A DNA stretch of 64,000 nt from Eledone cirrhosa (GCA_964016885.1 OZ024766.1:17050001-17114000), one strand, 5' to 3'. Counted from the first letter of the stretch, positions 12,495 to 27,900 are shown. Notes: generated from the sequence alone by a model not told the origin. Program-made: numbers and translations.

Positions 12495-12870
12495 TTCTAC
12501 GTTAGGCACAAGGCCAGCAATTACCCCAGTGTATTACTGGTACTTTATTTTATCAACCCTGTAATAATTGTTACTATTTTAGGCACAAGGCCAGCAATCA
12601 CCCCAGTGTATTACTGGTACTTTATGTTATCAACCCTGTAATAACTGTTTCTACTTTAGGCACAAGGCCAGCAATTACCCCAGTGTATTACTGGTACTTT
12701 ATTTTACCAACCCCGTAATAACTGTTTCTACTTTAGGCACAAGGCCAGCAATTACCCCAGTGTATTACTGGTACTTTATTTTATAGACCCCCGTAAGGAT
12801 GAAAGGCAAAGTTAACCTCGGCGGGATTTGAACTCAGTCCGTAAAGGGACGTAACTCTGTGCTGCAAAGC
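12495..12870 (-). mobile_element. tRNA-derived SINE family C with tandemly repeated 80-bp 3' part
   Basis: B box GAGTTCAAATCCC followed by GGTTAACTTTGCCTTTCATCC; related copies at about 38575-38825, 44630-44970, 59610-59760 and 60172-61040. Confidence 0.8.
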
Positions 12871-12894
12871 ATATACACACACACACACACACGC

Positions 12895-12925
<31 letters not shown>

Positions 12926-13189
12926 TATATATATATATATATATACACATATATACACACATATATATATATACACACACACACACGCACATATATATAT
13001 ACACACACACATGCCTTTTAAGAGGGAGGTAGTTAGAGTGAGTGATCCAGAGAGAGGGGTGGGTGATGAATGTGGCCATGTTATAAGGTAAGATGGCCAC
13101 ACTGAGACATACAGTCACACGTAGTCACAGACAAACCATAAACCCTCGTAACTCAGTACAGCACACTAAAACCAACCATGTGGGCCACC

Positions 13190-13915
13190 AACTAGCTAAC
13201 TAATCAGCCAGCCAACCAGCCAGCCAATTAACCAGCTAACTAGCCACCCAACCAACCAGCCAATTAACCAGCCAGCCAACCAACCAACCAGGTGGCCACC
13301 AGCCAGCTAACAAGCCAACCAACCAACCAACTGCCAGCCAACCAACCAGCTAACTAGCCAGCCAGCCAATTAACCAACCAACCAACCAGGTGGCCACCAG
13401 CCAGACAGCTACCAAGCCAGCCAACCAACCAGCCAACCAACCAACCAGCTAACAAGCCAGCCAGCCAATTAACCAGCCAGCCAACCAACCAGCTAACTAG
13501 CCAGCCAGCCAGCCAATTAACCAACCAGCCAGCCAACCAACCAGGTGGCCACCAGCCAGACAGCCAGCTAACTAGCCAGCCAACCAATTAACCAGCTAAC
13601 CAGCCAGCCAGCCAATTAACCAGCCAGCCAACCAACCAGCTAACTAGCCAGCCAATTAACCAACCAACCAACCAGGTGGCCACCAGCCAGACAGCCAGCT
13701 CACCAGCCAACCAATTAACCAGCCAGACAACCCTGCCAGCCAGCCAACCAACCAACCAACCAAATAGCCAACCAACCAGCCAGCCAATTAACCAGCCAGT
13801 CAGCCAGCCAACCAACCAGCCAGCCAGCCAACCAGCCAACCAACCAACCAGCCAACCAACCAAATAGCCAACCAACCAACCAGCCAGCCAACCAACCAAC
13901 CAGCCAGCCAACTGG
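13190..13915. repeat. (AACC/AGCC)n degenerate tetranucleotide repeat just after the ZDHHC17 stop
   Basis: Direct inspection. Confidence 0.9.
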
Positions 13916-13984
13916 GCAACCCTCAAATCAAACCACCCTACCTACCCCACCCACAGAGTTCCATTTTTTTCCTCTCCCCAGACA

Positions 13985-14147
13985 TCAGACAAACTGCAGG
14001 TTCTCGCGAGTGTTCGAGTTTGGAGCAAACATCCTCGGCGGGTCCCCGAGGAAATCGGTCTTCCGCCGCCAGTCATAGGATTGGGGCCGGAAGAGACCAC
14101 AGCAATAGCAGCCCAGGACGTCAATAAGGTTCTTGAAAAAACCACGG
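13985..14147 (-). CDS. ZDHHC17: ZDHHC17 terminal coding exon
   Basis: ttccag|(H)[56 protein letters not shown]; the CCGLFRP motif matches the ZDHHC17 C-terminus. Confidence 0.92.
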
Positions 14148-16157
14148 CTGGAATAGAGAGAGATAGGTATGTAGATAGATATATTTCTTTATTAGCCACA
14201 AGGGCGCACAAGAAAAGGGGACAATACAAAGACAAGCCGGGGATTTTACATACAGTCGTGTAAAAAATATTATTAAAACAAACAAATATAACAATCGAAA
14301 TCCCCAATAGGGGGGAGGCCCCACAAATGGGTTGTTTAATACCCCGTAGATAGAACAACCCTCAACTTCAGGAGCGGGTTGTGCAAGTGCTCCCTTCTTC
14401 CTTTTGCTCTCTTCTTCAACCTACAGGTTTATATACAGAGAAGGCCCAATCACTGGGGCCATTGTTGTCACATTCACCCACCTTTCAGTAAATTTACTGG
14501 GGTGCAGTGCCTCTCTCTCTCTCCACTCTGATTCTCCTTCTAAAGTGGTACCTAAAGAAGGGAATGGGTTGTTGTCCGGATAGATAGACGGATAGAGAGT
14601 TGTGCAAGTGCCCCTTTCTTCCTTTTGCTCCCTTCTTCAACCTACAGGTTTATATACAGAGAAGGCCCAATCACTCGGGCCATTGTTGTCACATTCACCC
14701 ACCTTTCAATAAATTTACTGGGGTGCAGTGCCTCTCTCTCTCCACCCTGATTCTCCTTCTAAAGTGGTACCTAAAGAAGGGAATGGGTTGTTGTCCAGAG
14801 AGAAAGACAGATAGAGAGATAGATAGATAGATAGACGAATAGAGAGTTGTGCAAGTGCTCCTTTCTTCCTTTTGCTCTCTTCTTCAACCTACAGGTTTAT
14901 ATACAGAGAAGGCCCAATCACTCGGGCCATTGTTGTCACATTCACCCACCTTTCAGTAAATTTACTGGGGTGCAGTGCCTCTCTCTCTCTCCACTCTGAT
15001 TCTCCTTCTAAAGTGGTACCTAAAGAAGGGAATGGGTTGTTGTCCGGAGAGAAGATAGACAGATAGATAGATATATTTCTTTATTAGCCACAAGGGCACT
15101 CAAGAAAAGGGGACAATACAAAGACATGCCGGGGATTTTACATACAGTCCTGTAAAAATATTATTAAAACAAACAAATATAACAATCGAAATCCCCAATA
15201 GGGGGGAGGCCCCACAAATGGGTTGTTTAATACCCCGTAGATAGAACAACCCTCAACTTCAGGAGCGGGTTGTGCAAGTGCTCCCTTCTTCCTTTTGCTC
15301 TCTTCTTCAACCTACAGGTTTATATACAGAGAAGGCCCAATCACTGGGGCCATTGTTGTCACATTCACCCACCTTTCAGTAAATTTACTGGGGTGCAGTG
15401 CCTCTCTCTCTCTCCACTCTGATTCTCCTTCTAAAGTGGTACCTAAAGAAGGGAATGGGTTGTTGTCCGGATAGATAGACGGATAGAGAGTTGTGCAAGT
15501 GCCCCTTTCTTCCTTTTGCTCTCTTCTTCAACCTACAGGTTTATATACAGAGAAGGCCCAATCACTCGGGCCATTGTTGTCACATTCACACACCTTTCAG
15601 TAAATTTACTGGGGTGCAGTGCCTCTCTCTCTCCACTCTGATTCTCCTTCTAAAGTGGTACCTAAAGAAGGGAATGAGTTGTTGTCCGGAGAGAAAGACA
15701 GATAGATAGATAAATAGATAGATAGACAAATAGAGAGTTGTGCAAGTGCTGCTTTCTTCCTTTTGCTCTCTTCTTCAACCTACAGGTTTATATACAGAGA
15801 AGGCCCAATCACTGGGGCCATTGTTGCCACATTCACCCACCTTTCAGTAAATTTACTGGGGTACAGTGCCCCTCTCTCTCCACTCTGATTCTCCTTCTAA
15901 AGTGGTACCTAAAGAAGGGGGAATGAGTTGTTGTCCAGAGAGAAGATGGGTAAATAGATAAATAGAGAGATACATTTCTTTATTAGCCACAAGGGCGCAC
16001 AAGAAAAGGGGACAAAACAAAGACAAGCCGGGGATTTTACATACAGTCGTGTAAAAATATGAAACAAACAAATACAACAATCGAAATCCTCAATAGGCGG
16101 GGAGGCCCCACAAATGGGTTGTTTAATACCCCGTAGATAGAACGTAGATAGACAGAC

Positions 16158-16226
<69 letters not shown>

Positions 16227-16431
16227 GGAACTTACTGAAATGGACTCCGGTATTCAATTTTTCCATTTTCCTGTTTACTATATTGGAAGTGTTTGTACCT
16301 GGTCATATTAACGCGTTCGTTAGTGGTCATGCCTAACCAGGTAATCTGTTAACGAGGAGAGGAAATATAATCATTTTCATCATCATCATCATCATGCGTG
16401 TATGTGTGTGTGAGAGAGAGGGAGACCAGAG

Positions 16432-16483
<52 letters not shown>

Positions 16484-19400
16484 TAATAATAATAATGAAA
16501 TTATTGTGTACAGTGCTCAGGAGCACTACAACTCATCAAAGGTGCATGTATAGTACATAGAATAATGTACAAATGTCAGGAAAGTGAACAGTGTAGGAGT
16601 CATGATATACACACAAATACATGTGTGTATGGAGGGAGAATATTAGGTGTAGTGTCGGCGAATCTCAGGAAGAATGGAGGTTTTAAAGGATGCAGTGTCT
16701 CGACAGCTAACAACTGATGCAGGCAGTTTGTTCCATGGAGGTTTTAAAGGATGCAGTGTCTCGACAGCTAACAACTGATGCAGGGAGTTTGTTCCATGGA
16801 GGTTTTAAAGGATGCAGTGTCTCGACAGCTAACAACTGATGCAGGGAGTTTGTTCCATGGAGGTTTTAAAGGATGCAGTGTCTCGACAGCTAACAACTGA
16901 TGCAGGCAGTTTGTTCCATGGAGGTTTTAAAGGATGCAGTGTCTCGACAGCTAACAACTGATGCAGGCAGTTTGTTCCATGGAGGTTTTAAAGGATGCAG
17001 TGTCTCGACAGCTAACAACTGATGCAGGTAGTTTGTTCCATGGAGGTTTTAAAGGATGCAGTGTCTCGACAGCTAACAACTGATGCAGGCACTTTGTTCC
17101 ATGGAGGTTTTAAAGGATGCAGTGTCTCAACAGCTAACAACTGATGCAGGTAGTTTGTTCCATGGAGGTTTTAAAGGATGCAGTGTCTCGACAGCTAACA
17201 ACTGATGCAGGTAGTTTGTTCCATGGAGGTTTTAAAGGATGCAGTGTCTCGACAGCTAACAACTGATGCAGGTAGTTTGTTCCATGGAGGTTTTAAAGGA
17301 TGCAGTGTCTCGACAGCTAACAACTGATGCAGGTAGTTTGTTCCATGGAGGTTTTAAAGGATGCAGTGTCTCGACAGCTAACAACTGATGCAGGTAGTTT
17401 GTTCCATGGAGGTTTTAAAGGATGCAGTGTCTCGACAGCTAACAACTGATGCAGGTAGTTTGTTCCATGGAGGTTTTAAAGGATGCAGTGTCTCGACAGC
17501 TAACAACTGATGCAGGTAGTTTGTTCCATGGAGGTTTTAAAGGATGCAGTGTCTCGACAGCTAACAACTGATGCAGGTAGTTTGTTCCATGGAGGTTTTA
17601 AAGGATGCAGTGTCTCGACAGCTAACAACTGATGCAGGTAGTTTGTTCCATGGAGGTTTTAAAGGATGCAGTGTCTCGACAGCTAACAACTGATGCAGGT
17701 AGTTTGTTCCATGGAGGTTTTAAAGGATGCAGTGTCTCGACAGCTAACAACTGATGCAGGTAGTTTGTTCCATGGAGGTTTTAAAGGATGCAGTGTCTCG
17801 ACAGCTAACAACTGATGCAGGTAGTTTGTTCCATGGAGGTTTTAAAGGATGCAGTGTCTCGACAGCTAACAACTGATGCAGGTAGTTTGTTCCATGGAGG
17901 TTTTAAAGGATGCAGTGTCTCGACAGCTAACAACTGATGCAGGTAGTTTGTTCCATGGAGGTTTTAAAGGATGCAGTGTCTCGACAGCTAACAACTGATG
18001 CAGGTAGTTTGTTCCATGGAGGTTTTAAAGGATGCAGTGTCTCGACAGCTAACAACTGATGCAGGTAGTTTGTTCCATGGAGGTTTTAAAGGATGCAGTG
18101 TCTCGACAGCTAACAACTGACGCAGGGAGTTTGTTCCATGGAGGTTTTAAAGGATGCAGTGTCTCGACAGCTAACAACTGACGCAGGCAGTTTGTTCCAT
18201 GGAGGTTTTAAAGGATGCAGTGTCTCGACAGCTAACAACTGATGCAGGGAGTTTGTCCCATGGAGGTTTTAAAGGATGCAGTGTCTCGACAGCTAACAAC
18301 TGACGCAGGCAGTTTGTTCCATGGAGGTTTTAAAGGATGCAGTGTCTCGACAGCTAACAACTGACGCAGGCAGTTTGTTCCATGGAGGTTTTAAAGGATG
18401 CAGTGTCTCGACAGCTAACAACTGATGCAGGTAGTTTGTTCCATGGAGGTTTTAAAGGATGCAGTGTCTCGACAGCTAACAACTGATGCAGGGAGTTTGT
18501 TCCATGGAGGTTTTAAAGGATGCAGTGTCTCGACAGCTAACAACTGATGCAGGGAGTTTGTTCCATGGAGGTTTTAAAGGATGCAGTGTCTCGACGGCTA
18601 ACAACTGATGCAGGTAGTTTGTTCCATGGAGGTTTTAAAGGATGCAGTGTCTCGACAGCTAACAACTGATGCAGGTAGTTTGTTCCATGGAGGTTTTAAA
18701 GGATGCAGTGTCCCGACAGCTAACAACTGATGCAGGGAGTTTGTTCCATGGAGGTTTTAAAGGATGCAGTGTCTCGACAGCTAACAACTGATGCAGGTAG
18801 TTTGTTCCATGGAGGTTTTAAAGGATGCAGTGTCTCGACAGCTAACAACTGATGCAGGTAGTTTGTTCCATGGAGGTTTTAAAGGATGCAGTGTCTCGAC
18901 AGCTAACAACTGATGCAGGTAGTTTGTTCCATGGAGGTTTTAAAGGATGCAGTGTCTCGACAGCTAACAACTGATGCAGGTAGTTTGTTCCATGGAGGTT
19001 TTAAAGGATGCAGTGTCTCGACAGCTAACAACTGATGCAGGTAGTTTGTTCCATGGAGGTTTTAAAGGATGCAGTGTCTCGACAGCTAACAACTGATGCA
19101 GGTAGTTTGTTCCATGGAGGTTTTAAAGGATGCAGTGTCTCGACAGCTAACAACTGATGCAGGTAGTTTGTTCCATGGAGGTTTTAAAGGATGCAGTGTC
19201 TCGACAGCTAACAACTGATGCAGGTAGTTTGTTCCATGGAGGTTTTAAAGGATGCAGTGTCTCGACAGCTAACAACTGATGCAGGTAGTTTGTTCCATGG
19301 AGGTTTTAAAGGATGCAGTGTCTCGACAGCTAACAACTGATGCAGGTAGTTTGTTCCATGGAGGTTTTAAAGGATGCAGTGTCTCGACAGCTAACAACTG

Positions 19401-22223
19401 ATGCAGGGAGTTTGTTCCATGGAGGTTTTAAAGGATGCAGTGTCTCGACAGCTAACAACTGATGCAGGGAGTTTGTTCCATGGAGGTTTTAAAGGATGCA
19501 GTGTCTCGACAGCTAACAATTGATGCAGGCAGTTTGTTCCATGGAGGTTTTAAAGGATGCAGTGTCTCGACAGCTAACAACTGATGCAGGCAGTTTGTTC
19601 CATGGAGGTTTTAAAGGATGCACGGTAAAAACCTCCCAGTTCCACACTGTAAACGTGGTTGGTGTTAGGAAGGGCATCCAGCCGTAGAAAACCCGCCAGA
19701 CAGTCCACGCTGTAATGTGGCCGTGTAGGCAACACGGTAAAAACCTCCCAGTCCACACTGTAAATGTGGTTGGTGTTAGGAAGGGCATCCAGCTGTAGAA
19801 AACCCGCCAGACAGTCCACGCTGTAATGTGGCCGTGAAGGTAACACGGTAAAAACCTCCCAGTCCACACTGTAAACGTGGTTGGTGTTAGGAAGGGCATC
19901 CAGCCGTAGAAAACCCGCCAGACAGTCCTATGCGAGCAAGACAACCAATCTTGCCTCAAGTGGGAAAACTCCCGTCCAGACCCATGCTAGCATGGAAGAT
20001 GGATGTTAAACCATGATGATGATGATGATATACAACGAAGGAAGTGTGGTAAAGAACCAGGTGGACCATAACACATACTCGATATTTAGGATAGTAGAGT
20101 GGGTGATATGAAAAAGTGGTGGACCCCGACGGTTGAGCTCCAGCCATTTCAACAGCTAGATCTCAACTAACACAGTAGTATTAACACTACTGGGTTAGTT
20201 CAGATCTAGCTGTCTTTTTTCTGCTGACTCTTTCCCTATATATATCATATATCATCATCATCATCGTCATCACCGTTTTACGTCCTTTCTGCCTTTCTAG
20301 CATGGGTTAGACAGGTTGTCCTGTTGTGGGCAGTGTCTGGTCGGCTGACCTTGTCTTGCTCATACAGGAACTGATTCTGGCTTGATTTCTACAGCTGGAT
20401 GCCCTTCCTAACACCAACCTCATTTACAGTGAGTGCTGGGTGCTTTCTTGCCGTGGCACCTCCACGACCACTTTACAGTGACTGCTGGGTGCTTTTTTCC
20501 ATGGGACCTATACGTCCACTTTACAGTGTGGGCTGGGTGCTTGATATATGAGGTAATTATGTGAGATAAAGCATTTACTATGAAAATATTATAGTATATA
20601 TAGAGTAATGTAAATGCTATGTGAGATATTATGTGAGGTAAAGCCTTTACTGTGACAATACAATAGTATATATAGAGTAATGTAAATGTTATGTGAGATA
20701 TTATGTGAGGTAAAGCCTTTACTGTGACAATACAATAGTATATATAAAGTAATGTAAATGTTATGTGAGGTATTATGTGAGGTAAAGCCTTTACTGTGAC
20801 AATACAATAGTATATATAGAGTAATGTAAATGTTATGTGAGATATTATGTGAAGTAAAGCCTTTACTGTGACAATACAATAGTATATATAGAGTAATGTA
20901 AATGTTATGTGAGGTATTATGTGAGGTAAAGCCTTTACTGTGACAATACAATAGTATATATAGAGTAATGTAAATGTTATGTGAGATATTATGTGAGGTA
21001 AAGCCTTTACTGTGACAATACAATAGTATATATAGAGTAATGTAAATGTTATGAGATATTATGTGAGGTAAAGCCTTTACTGTGACAATACAATAGTATA
21101 TATAGAGTAATGTAAATGTTATGTGAGATATTATGTGAGGTAAAGCCTTTACTGTGACAATACAATAGTATATATAGAGTAATGTAAATACTAAAGGGTT
21201 ACACGATGATGATCATATACATACACTCTATACATATATATATAGTGTATATATAGTGTATATATGGTGTATATAGTATATGTAGTGGGTGTAAGATGTA
21301 GGTTAGGGAACACATGTAGTAAGAGAAGTCCTTACCTGATATATCTGACACACTAGAACAGGAGTGACCCATATGGTGTGACCAATAGCATTCATTGCAG
21401 TCCACCCTATCCAGGGGGACGTATTGAAGATTTTGGCTATGACCCCTGTGAACCCGTCAACGTAGAGATTCAAAGGACAGTTGTGGGCCCAATCTGGCAA
21501 GGTGGAGAAAAGAAACGAAAGGGGTTACTTGCATGTGACCTTAGGTCGACAGTTTGTGGGGTCAAATTTAAAGGGGACTAATCAAGGACTAAAATAAAAG
21601 GGTTTTTGGTGTGACCTTAATCCAGTTCTGGGGCCAAATCTAGGCTCAATGGAGGACTAAAATAAAAGGGTTTTTGGTGAGACCTTAATCCAGTTCTGGA
21701 GCCAAATCTAGGTTCAATGGAGGACTAAAATAAAAGGGTTTTTGGTGTGACCTTAATCCAGTTCTGGGGCCAAATCTAGGTTCAATGGAAAACTAAAATA
21801 AAAGGGTTTTGGTGAGACCTTAATCCAGTTCTGGAGCCAAATATAGGTTCAATAGAGGACTAAAATAAAAGTGTTTTTGGTGTGACCTTACTCCAGTTCT
21901 GGGGCCAAATCTAGGCTCAATCATGGACTAAAATGGAAGGGTTTTTGGTGTGACCTTAATCCAGTTCTCGGGCCAAATCTAGGCTCAATCATGGACTAAA
22001 ATGGAAGGGTTTTTGGTGTGCCCTAAAGATAGTTTAGGGTACAATCTGAAAAAGGGGTTGCAATGATGACTGGGCAAGTCTGGCTCCAATGACTGTCCAA
22101 AATGAAAAGGGTTTGCGGTTGACCTATATTGAGACCTTAGGCCAGTTGAGGGTCCCAATCTGAGAGAAGGGGGGAGAGAAGAAAGGAAAGAGAGAAAGAA
22201 AGGGGGTACAAAGAAAGAAAAAA

Positions 22224-22267
<44 letters not shown>

Positions 22268-22280
22268 GAGAGAAAGGGAG

Positions 22281-22312
<32 letters not shown>

Positions 22313-24855
22313 GACAAGCCCATTACTTACACAATGCACAACTGTGTATATAGAGATACAGTGTTGCTAGTACAAAGACCAAGAACCCGAGGAAATATTT
22401 ATGGTTGAGGGCTCCTGAAATAGAGAGATTGTAGACACACATGGATTAGATAGAGAGACATATAAATTGAGCTATCATGCACACACACACACACACACAT
22501 ACACTCGGTAAATTTAAACCCACCACCATATCACGTATTTTTTGTCTATGTATAGCCCCACACAGCCTACCCCATTCTCCCTTTCCAGCTCCCAGTCCAC
22601 ACTGTAAGGTGGTCATGTAGGAGACACAGTAAAAAGGCTCCCAGTCCACACTGTAAAGTGGTCATGTAGGAGACACAGTAAAAAGGCTCCCAGTCCACAC
22701 TGTAAAGTGGTCATGTAGGAGACACAGTAAAAAGGCTCCCAGTCCACACTGTAAAGTGGTCATGTAGGTGACACAGTAAAAAGACTCCCAGTCCACAGTG
22801 TAAAGTGGTCATGTAGGAGACACAGTAAAAAGGCTCCCAGTCCACACTGTAAGGTGGTCATGTAGGAGACACAGTAAAAAGGCTCCCAGTCCACACTGTA
22901 AAGTGGTCATGTAGGAGACACAGTAAAAAGGCTCCCAGTCCACACTGTAAAGTGGTCATGTAGGAGACACAGTAAAAAGGCTCCCAGTCCACACTGTAAG
23001 GTGGTCATGTAGGAGACACAGTAAAAAGGCTCCCAGTCCACACTGTAAAGTGGTCATGTAGGTGACACAGTAAAAAGGCTCCCAGTCCACACTGTAAAGT
23101 GGTCATGCAGGTGACACAGTAAAAAGGCTCCTAGTCCACACTGTAAGGTGGTCATGTAGGTGACACAGTAAAAAGGCTCCTAGTCCACACTGTAAGGTGG
23201 TCATGTAGGAGACACAGTAAAAAGGCTCCCAGTCCACACTGTAAAGTGGTCATGTAGGAGACACAGTAAAAAGGCTCCCAGTCCACACTGTAAAGTGGTC
23301 ATGTAGGAGACACAGTAAAAAGGCTCCCAGTCCACACTGTAAGGTGGTCATGTAGGAGACACAGTAAAAAGGCTCCCAGTCCACACTGTAAAGTGGTCAT
23401 GTAGGTGACACAGTAAAAAGGCTCCCAGTCCACACTGTAAAGTGGTCATGCAGGTGACACAGTAAAAAGGCTCCTAGTCCACACTGTAAGGTGGTCATGT
23501 AGGAGACACAGTAAAAAGGCTCCCAGTCCACACTGTAAAGTGGTCATGTAGGAGACACAGTAAGAAGGCTCCCAGTCCACACTGTAAAGTGGTCATGTAG
23601 GAGACACAGTAAAAAGGCTCCCAGTCCACACTGTAAAGTGGTCATGTAGGTGACACAGTAAAAAGGCTCCCAGTCCACACTGTAAGGTGGTCATGTAGGA
23701 GACACAGTAAAAAGGCTTCCAGTCCACACTGTAAAGTGGTCATGTAGGAGACACAGTAAAAAGGCTCCCAGTCCACACTGTAAAGTGGTCATGTAGGTGA
23801 CACAGTAAAAAGGCTCCCAGTCCACACTGTAAGGTGGTCATGTAGGAGACACAGTAAAAAGACTCCCAGTCCACAGTGTAAAGTGGTCATGTAGGAGACA
23901 CAGTAAAAAGGCTCCCAGGCCACACTGTAAAGTGGTCATGTAGGTGACACAGTAAAAAGGCTCCCAGTCCACACTGTAAAGTGGTCATGTAGGAAACACA
24001 GTAAAAAGGCTCCCAGTCCACACTGTAAGGTGGTCATGTAGGAAACACAGTAAAAAGGCTCCCAGTCCACACTGTAAGGTGGTCATGTAGGTGACACAGT
24101 AAATAGGCTCCCAGTCCACACTGTAAAGTGGTCATGTACGAGACACAGTAAAAAGGCTCCCAGTCCACACTGTAAGGTGGTCATGTAGGAGACACAGTAA
24201 AAAGGCTCCCAGGCCACACTGTAAAGTGGTCACCGCTACCATACCACACCCCACTAAACCACAATACAATACACCCCACCACCACACCACACAATACTAC
24301 ACCATGCTTCACTACACAGCACCACACCACTACCACCACACAACCACCACCACTACACAACACTATACGACTACCACCACCACTACAGAATACCACACCA
24401 CCACTACCACTAACACACTACACCACTACACTACACCACCAAACCACAACTGTACTACACCACTACCACACCACACCCCACTACCACACCACACCCAACT
24501 ACACCACACCACAATACAATACACCCCACCACCACATCACACAATACTACACCACCACCACTACCACCACCACTACACAACACTATACCACACCACAACT
24601 ACCACCACACCACACCAACACTTACCAACACAGTTATTTATCCAAGGACAATGGTGGTCCATCTTGGCCACACATTTATTACACACGGAACAGTGTTTTG
24701 ATCTTATGGGTCGTTTCACAACACAGGTACTACAGAATTGGTTCATGCTTATAGACTGAAGCTCAGCAAATTCTAGAATTGTCTGAAATAGAGTAATATA
24801 TATATATATAGAGAGAGAGAGATGTATACTGCACTTGATGTATATGTTTTATTAG

Positions 24856-24916
<61 letters not shown>

Positions 24917-24953
24917 TGCATACTGCACTTGATGTATGTGTTTTATTAGATAG

Positions 24954-24988
<35 letters not shown>

Positions 24989-27900
24989 TGTATACTGCAC
25001 TTGATGTATGTGTTTTATTAGATATATATATATATATATATAGATAAGAGGGATAAGTTGTGGTGTGTGGGAGAGAAGATTGAGGTGGTATGGACATATG
25101 ATGTGTTGAGAGAGAAACTGTGTATAAGAGGGATAAGTTGTGGTGTGTGGGAGAGAAGACTGAGGTGGTATGGACATATGATGTGTTGAGAGAGAAACTG
25201 TATAAGAGGGATAAGTTGTGGTGTGTGGGAGAGAAGACTGAGATGGTATGGACATGTGATGTGTTGAAAGAGAAACTGTGTATAAGAGGGATAAGTTGTG
25301 GTGTGTAGGAGAGAAGACTGAGGTGGTATGGACATGTGATGTGTTGAGAGAGAAACTGGGTATAAGAGGGATAAGTTGTAGTGTGTGGGAGAGAAGACTG
25401 AGATGGTGTGGACATGTGATGAGTTGAGAGAGAAACTGTGTACAAGGGGGATAAGTTGTAGTGTGTGGGAGAGAAGACTGAGGTGGTATGGACATGTGAT
25501 GTGTTGAGAGAGAAACTGGGTATAAGAGGGATAAGTTGTGGTGTGTGGGAGAGAAGACTGAGATGGTATGGACATGTGATGTGTTGAGAGAGAAACTGTG
25601 TATAAGAGGGATAAGTTGTAGTGTGTGGGAGAGAAGACTGAGATGGTATGGACATGTGATGTGTTGAGAGAGAAACTGTGTATAAGAGGGATAAGTTGTG
25701 GTGTGCAGGAGAGGAGACTGAGGTGGTATGGACATGTGATGAGTTGAGAGAGAAACTGTGTATAAGAGGGATAAGTTGTAGTGTGTGGGAGAGAAGACTG
25801 AGATGGTATGGACATGTGATGTGTTGAGAGAGAAACTGTGTATAAGAGGGATAAGTTGTAGTGTGTGGGAGAGAAGACTGAGATGGTATGGACATGTGAT
25901 GTGTTGAGAGAGAAACTGTGTATAAGAGGGATAAGTTGTGGTGTGTGGGAGAGAAGACTGAGATGGTATGGACATGTGATGTGTTGAGAGAGAAACTGTG
26001 TATAAGAGGGATAAGTTGTAGTGTGTGGGAGAGAAGACTGAGATGGTATGGACATGTGATGTGTTGAGAGAGAAACTGGGTATAAGAGGGATAGAATGTA
26101 GTGTACGGGAGAGAAGACTGAGGTGGTATGGACATGTGATGTGTTGAGAGAGAAACTGTATAAGAGGGATAAGTTGTAGTGTGTGGGAGAGAAGACTGAG
26201 ATGGTATGGACATGTGATGTGTTGAGAGAGAAACTGTGTATAAGAGGGATAAGTTGTAGTGTGTGGGAGAGAAGACTGAGATGGTATGGACATGTGATGT
26301 GTTGAGAGAGAAACTGTGTATAAGAGGGATAAGTTGTAGTGTGTGGGAGAGAAGACTGAGATGGTATGGACATGTGATGTGTTGAGAGAGAAACTGTGTA
26401 TAAGAGGGATAAGTTGTAGTGTGTGGGAGAGAAGACTGAGATGGTATGGACATGTGATGAGAGAGAAACTGGGTATAAGAGGGATAAGTTGTAGTGTGTG
26501 GGAGAGAAGACTGAGGTGGTATGGACATGTGATGTGTTGAGAGAGAAACTGTGTATAAGAGGGATAAGTTGTAGTGTGTGGGAGAGAAGACTGAGATGGT
26601 ATGGACATGTGATGTGTTGAGAGAGAAACTGTGTATAAGAGGGATAAGTTGTGGTGTGCAGGAGAGGAGACTGAGGTGGTATGGACATGTGATGAGTTGA
26701 GAGAGAAACTGTGTATAAGAGGGATAAGTTGTAGTGTGTGGGAGAGAAGACTGAGATGGTATGGACATGTGATGTGTTGAGAGAGAAACTGTGTATAAGA
26801 GGGATAAGTTGTAGTGTGTGGGAGAGAAGACTGAGATGGTATGGACATGTGATGTGTTGAGAGAGAAACTGTGTATAAGAGGGATAAGTTGTGGTGTGTG
26901 GGAGAGAAGACTGAGATGGTATGGACATGTGATGTGTTGAGAGAGAAACTGTGTATAAGAGGGATAAGTTGTAGTGTGTGGGAGAGAAGACTGAGATGGT
27001 ATGGACATGTGATGTGTTGAGAGAGAAACTGGGTATAAGAGGGATAGAATGTAGTGTACGGGAGAGAAGACTGAGGTGGTATGGACATGTGATGTGTTGA
27101 GAGAGAAACTGTATAAGAGGGATAAGTTGTAGTGTGTGGGAGAGAAGACTGAGATGGTATGGACATGTGATGTGTTGAGAGAGAAACTGTGTATAAGAGG
27201 GATAAGTTGTAGTGTGTGGGAGAGAAGACTGAGATGGTATGGACATGTGATGTGTTGAGAGAGAAACTGTGTATAAGAGGGATAAGTTGTAGTGTGTGGG
27301 AGAGAAGACTGAGATGGTATGGACATGTGATGTGTTGAGAGAGAAACTGTGTATAAGAGGGATAAGTTGTAGTGTGTGGGAGAGAAGACTGAGATGGTAT
27401 GGACATGTGATGAGAGAGAAACTGGGTATAAGAGGGATAAGTTGTAGTGTGTGGGAGAGAAGACTGAGGTGGTATGGACATGTGATGTGTTGAGAGAGAA
27501 ACTGTGTATAAGAGGGATAAGTTGTGGTGTGTGGGAGAGAAGACTGAGATGGTATGGACATGTGACGTGTTGGGAGATTAACTGTGTATAAGAGGGATAA
27601 GTTGTGGTGTGTGGGAGAGAAGTCTGAGATGGTATGGACATGTGATGAGAGACAAACTGGGTATAAGAGGGATAAGTTGTAGTGTGTGGGAGAGAAGACC
27701 GAGATGGTATGGACATGTGATGCGCATGGAAGATGACTGATGGGTAAAGAAGTGCCAGGAAATCCCAGTTGAAGGAAGACGTGGCAGAAGTAGACCACGA
27801 AAAACATAGGCGGAGGTGGTGAGAACTGAAGCTCACGGTGGAGATGACGAAGGACTATGACAAGTGGAGAGATGCTGTGCTGAATAGGACCCATCCCACC

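Noticed and set aside
13942-14358. 138-aa ORF from the track as the last exon
   Set aside because: Wrong frame; the ZDHHC17-like sequence is in the frame 14147-13985.
16676-19621. CRISPR-like regular repeats (also 22589-24232 and 48110-51967)
   Set aside because: Head-to-tail units with no unique spacers, in a eukaryotic context with no cas genes.
24852-27894. Three overlapping ORFs of 870-990 aa
   Set aside because: They are the stop-free antisense reading of an 80-bp tandem repeat, open in all three frames, and lie within a ZDHHC17 intron.
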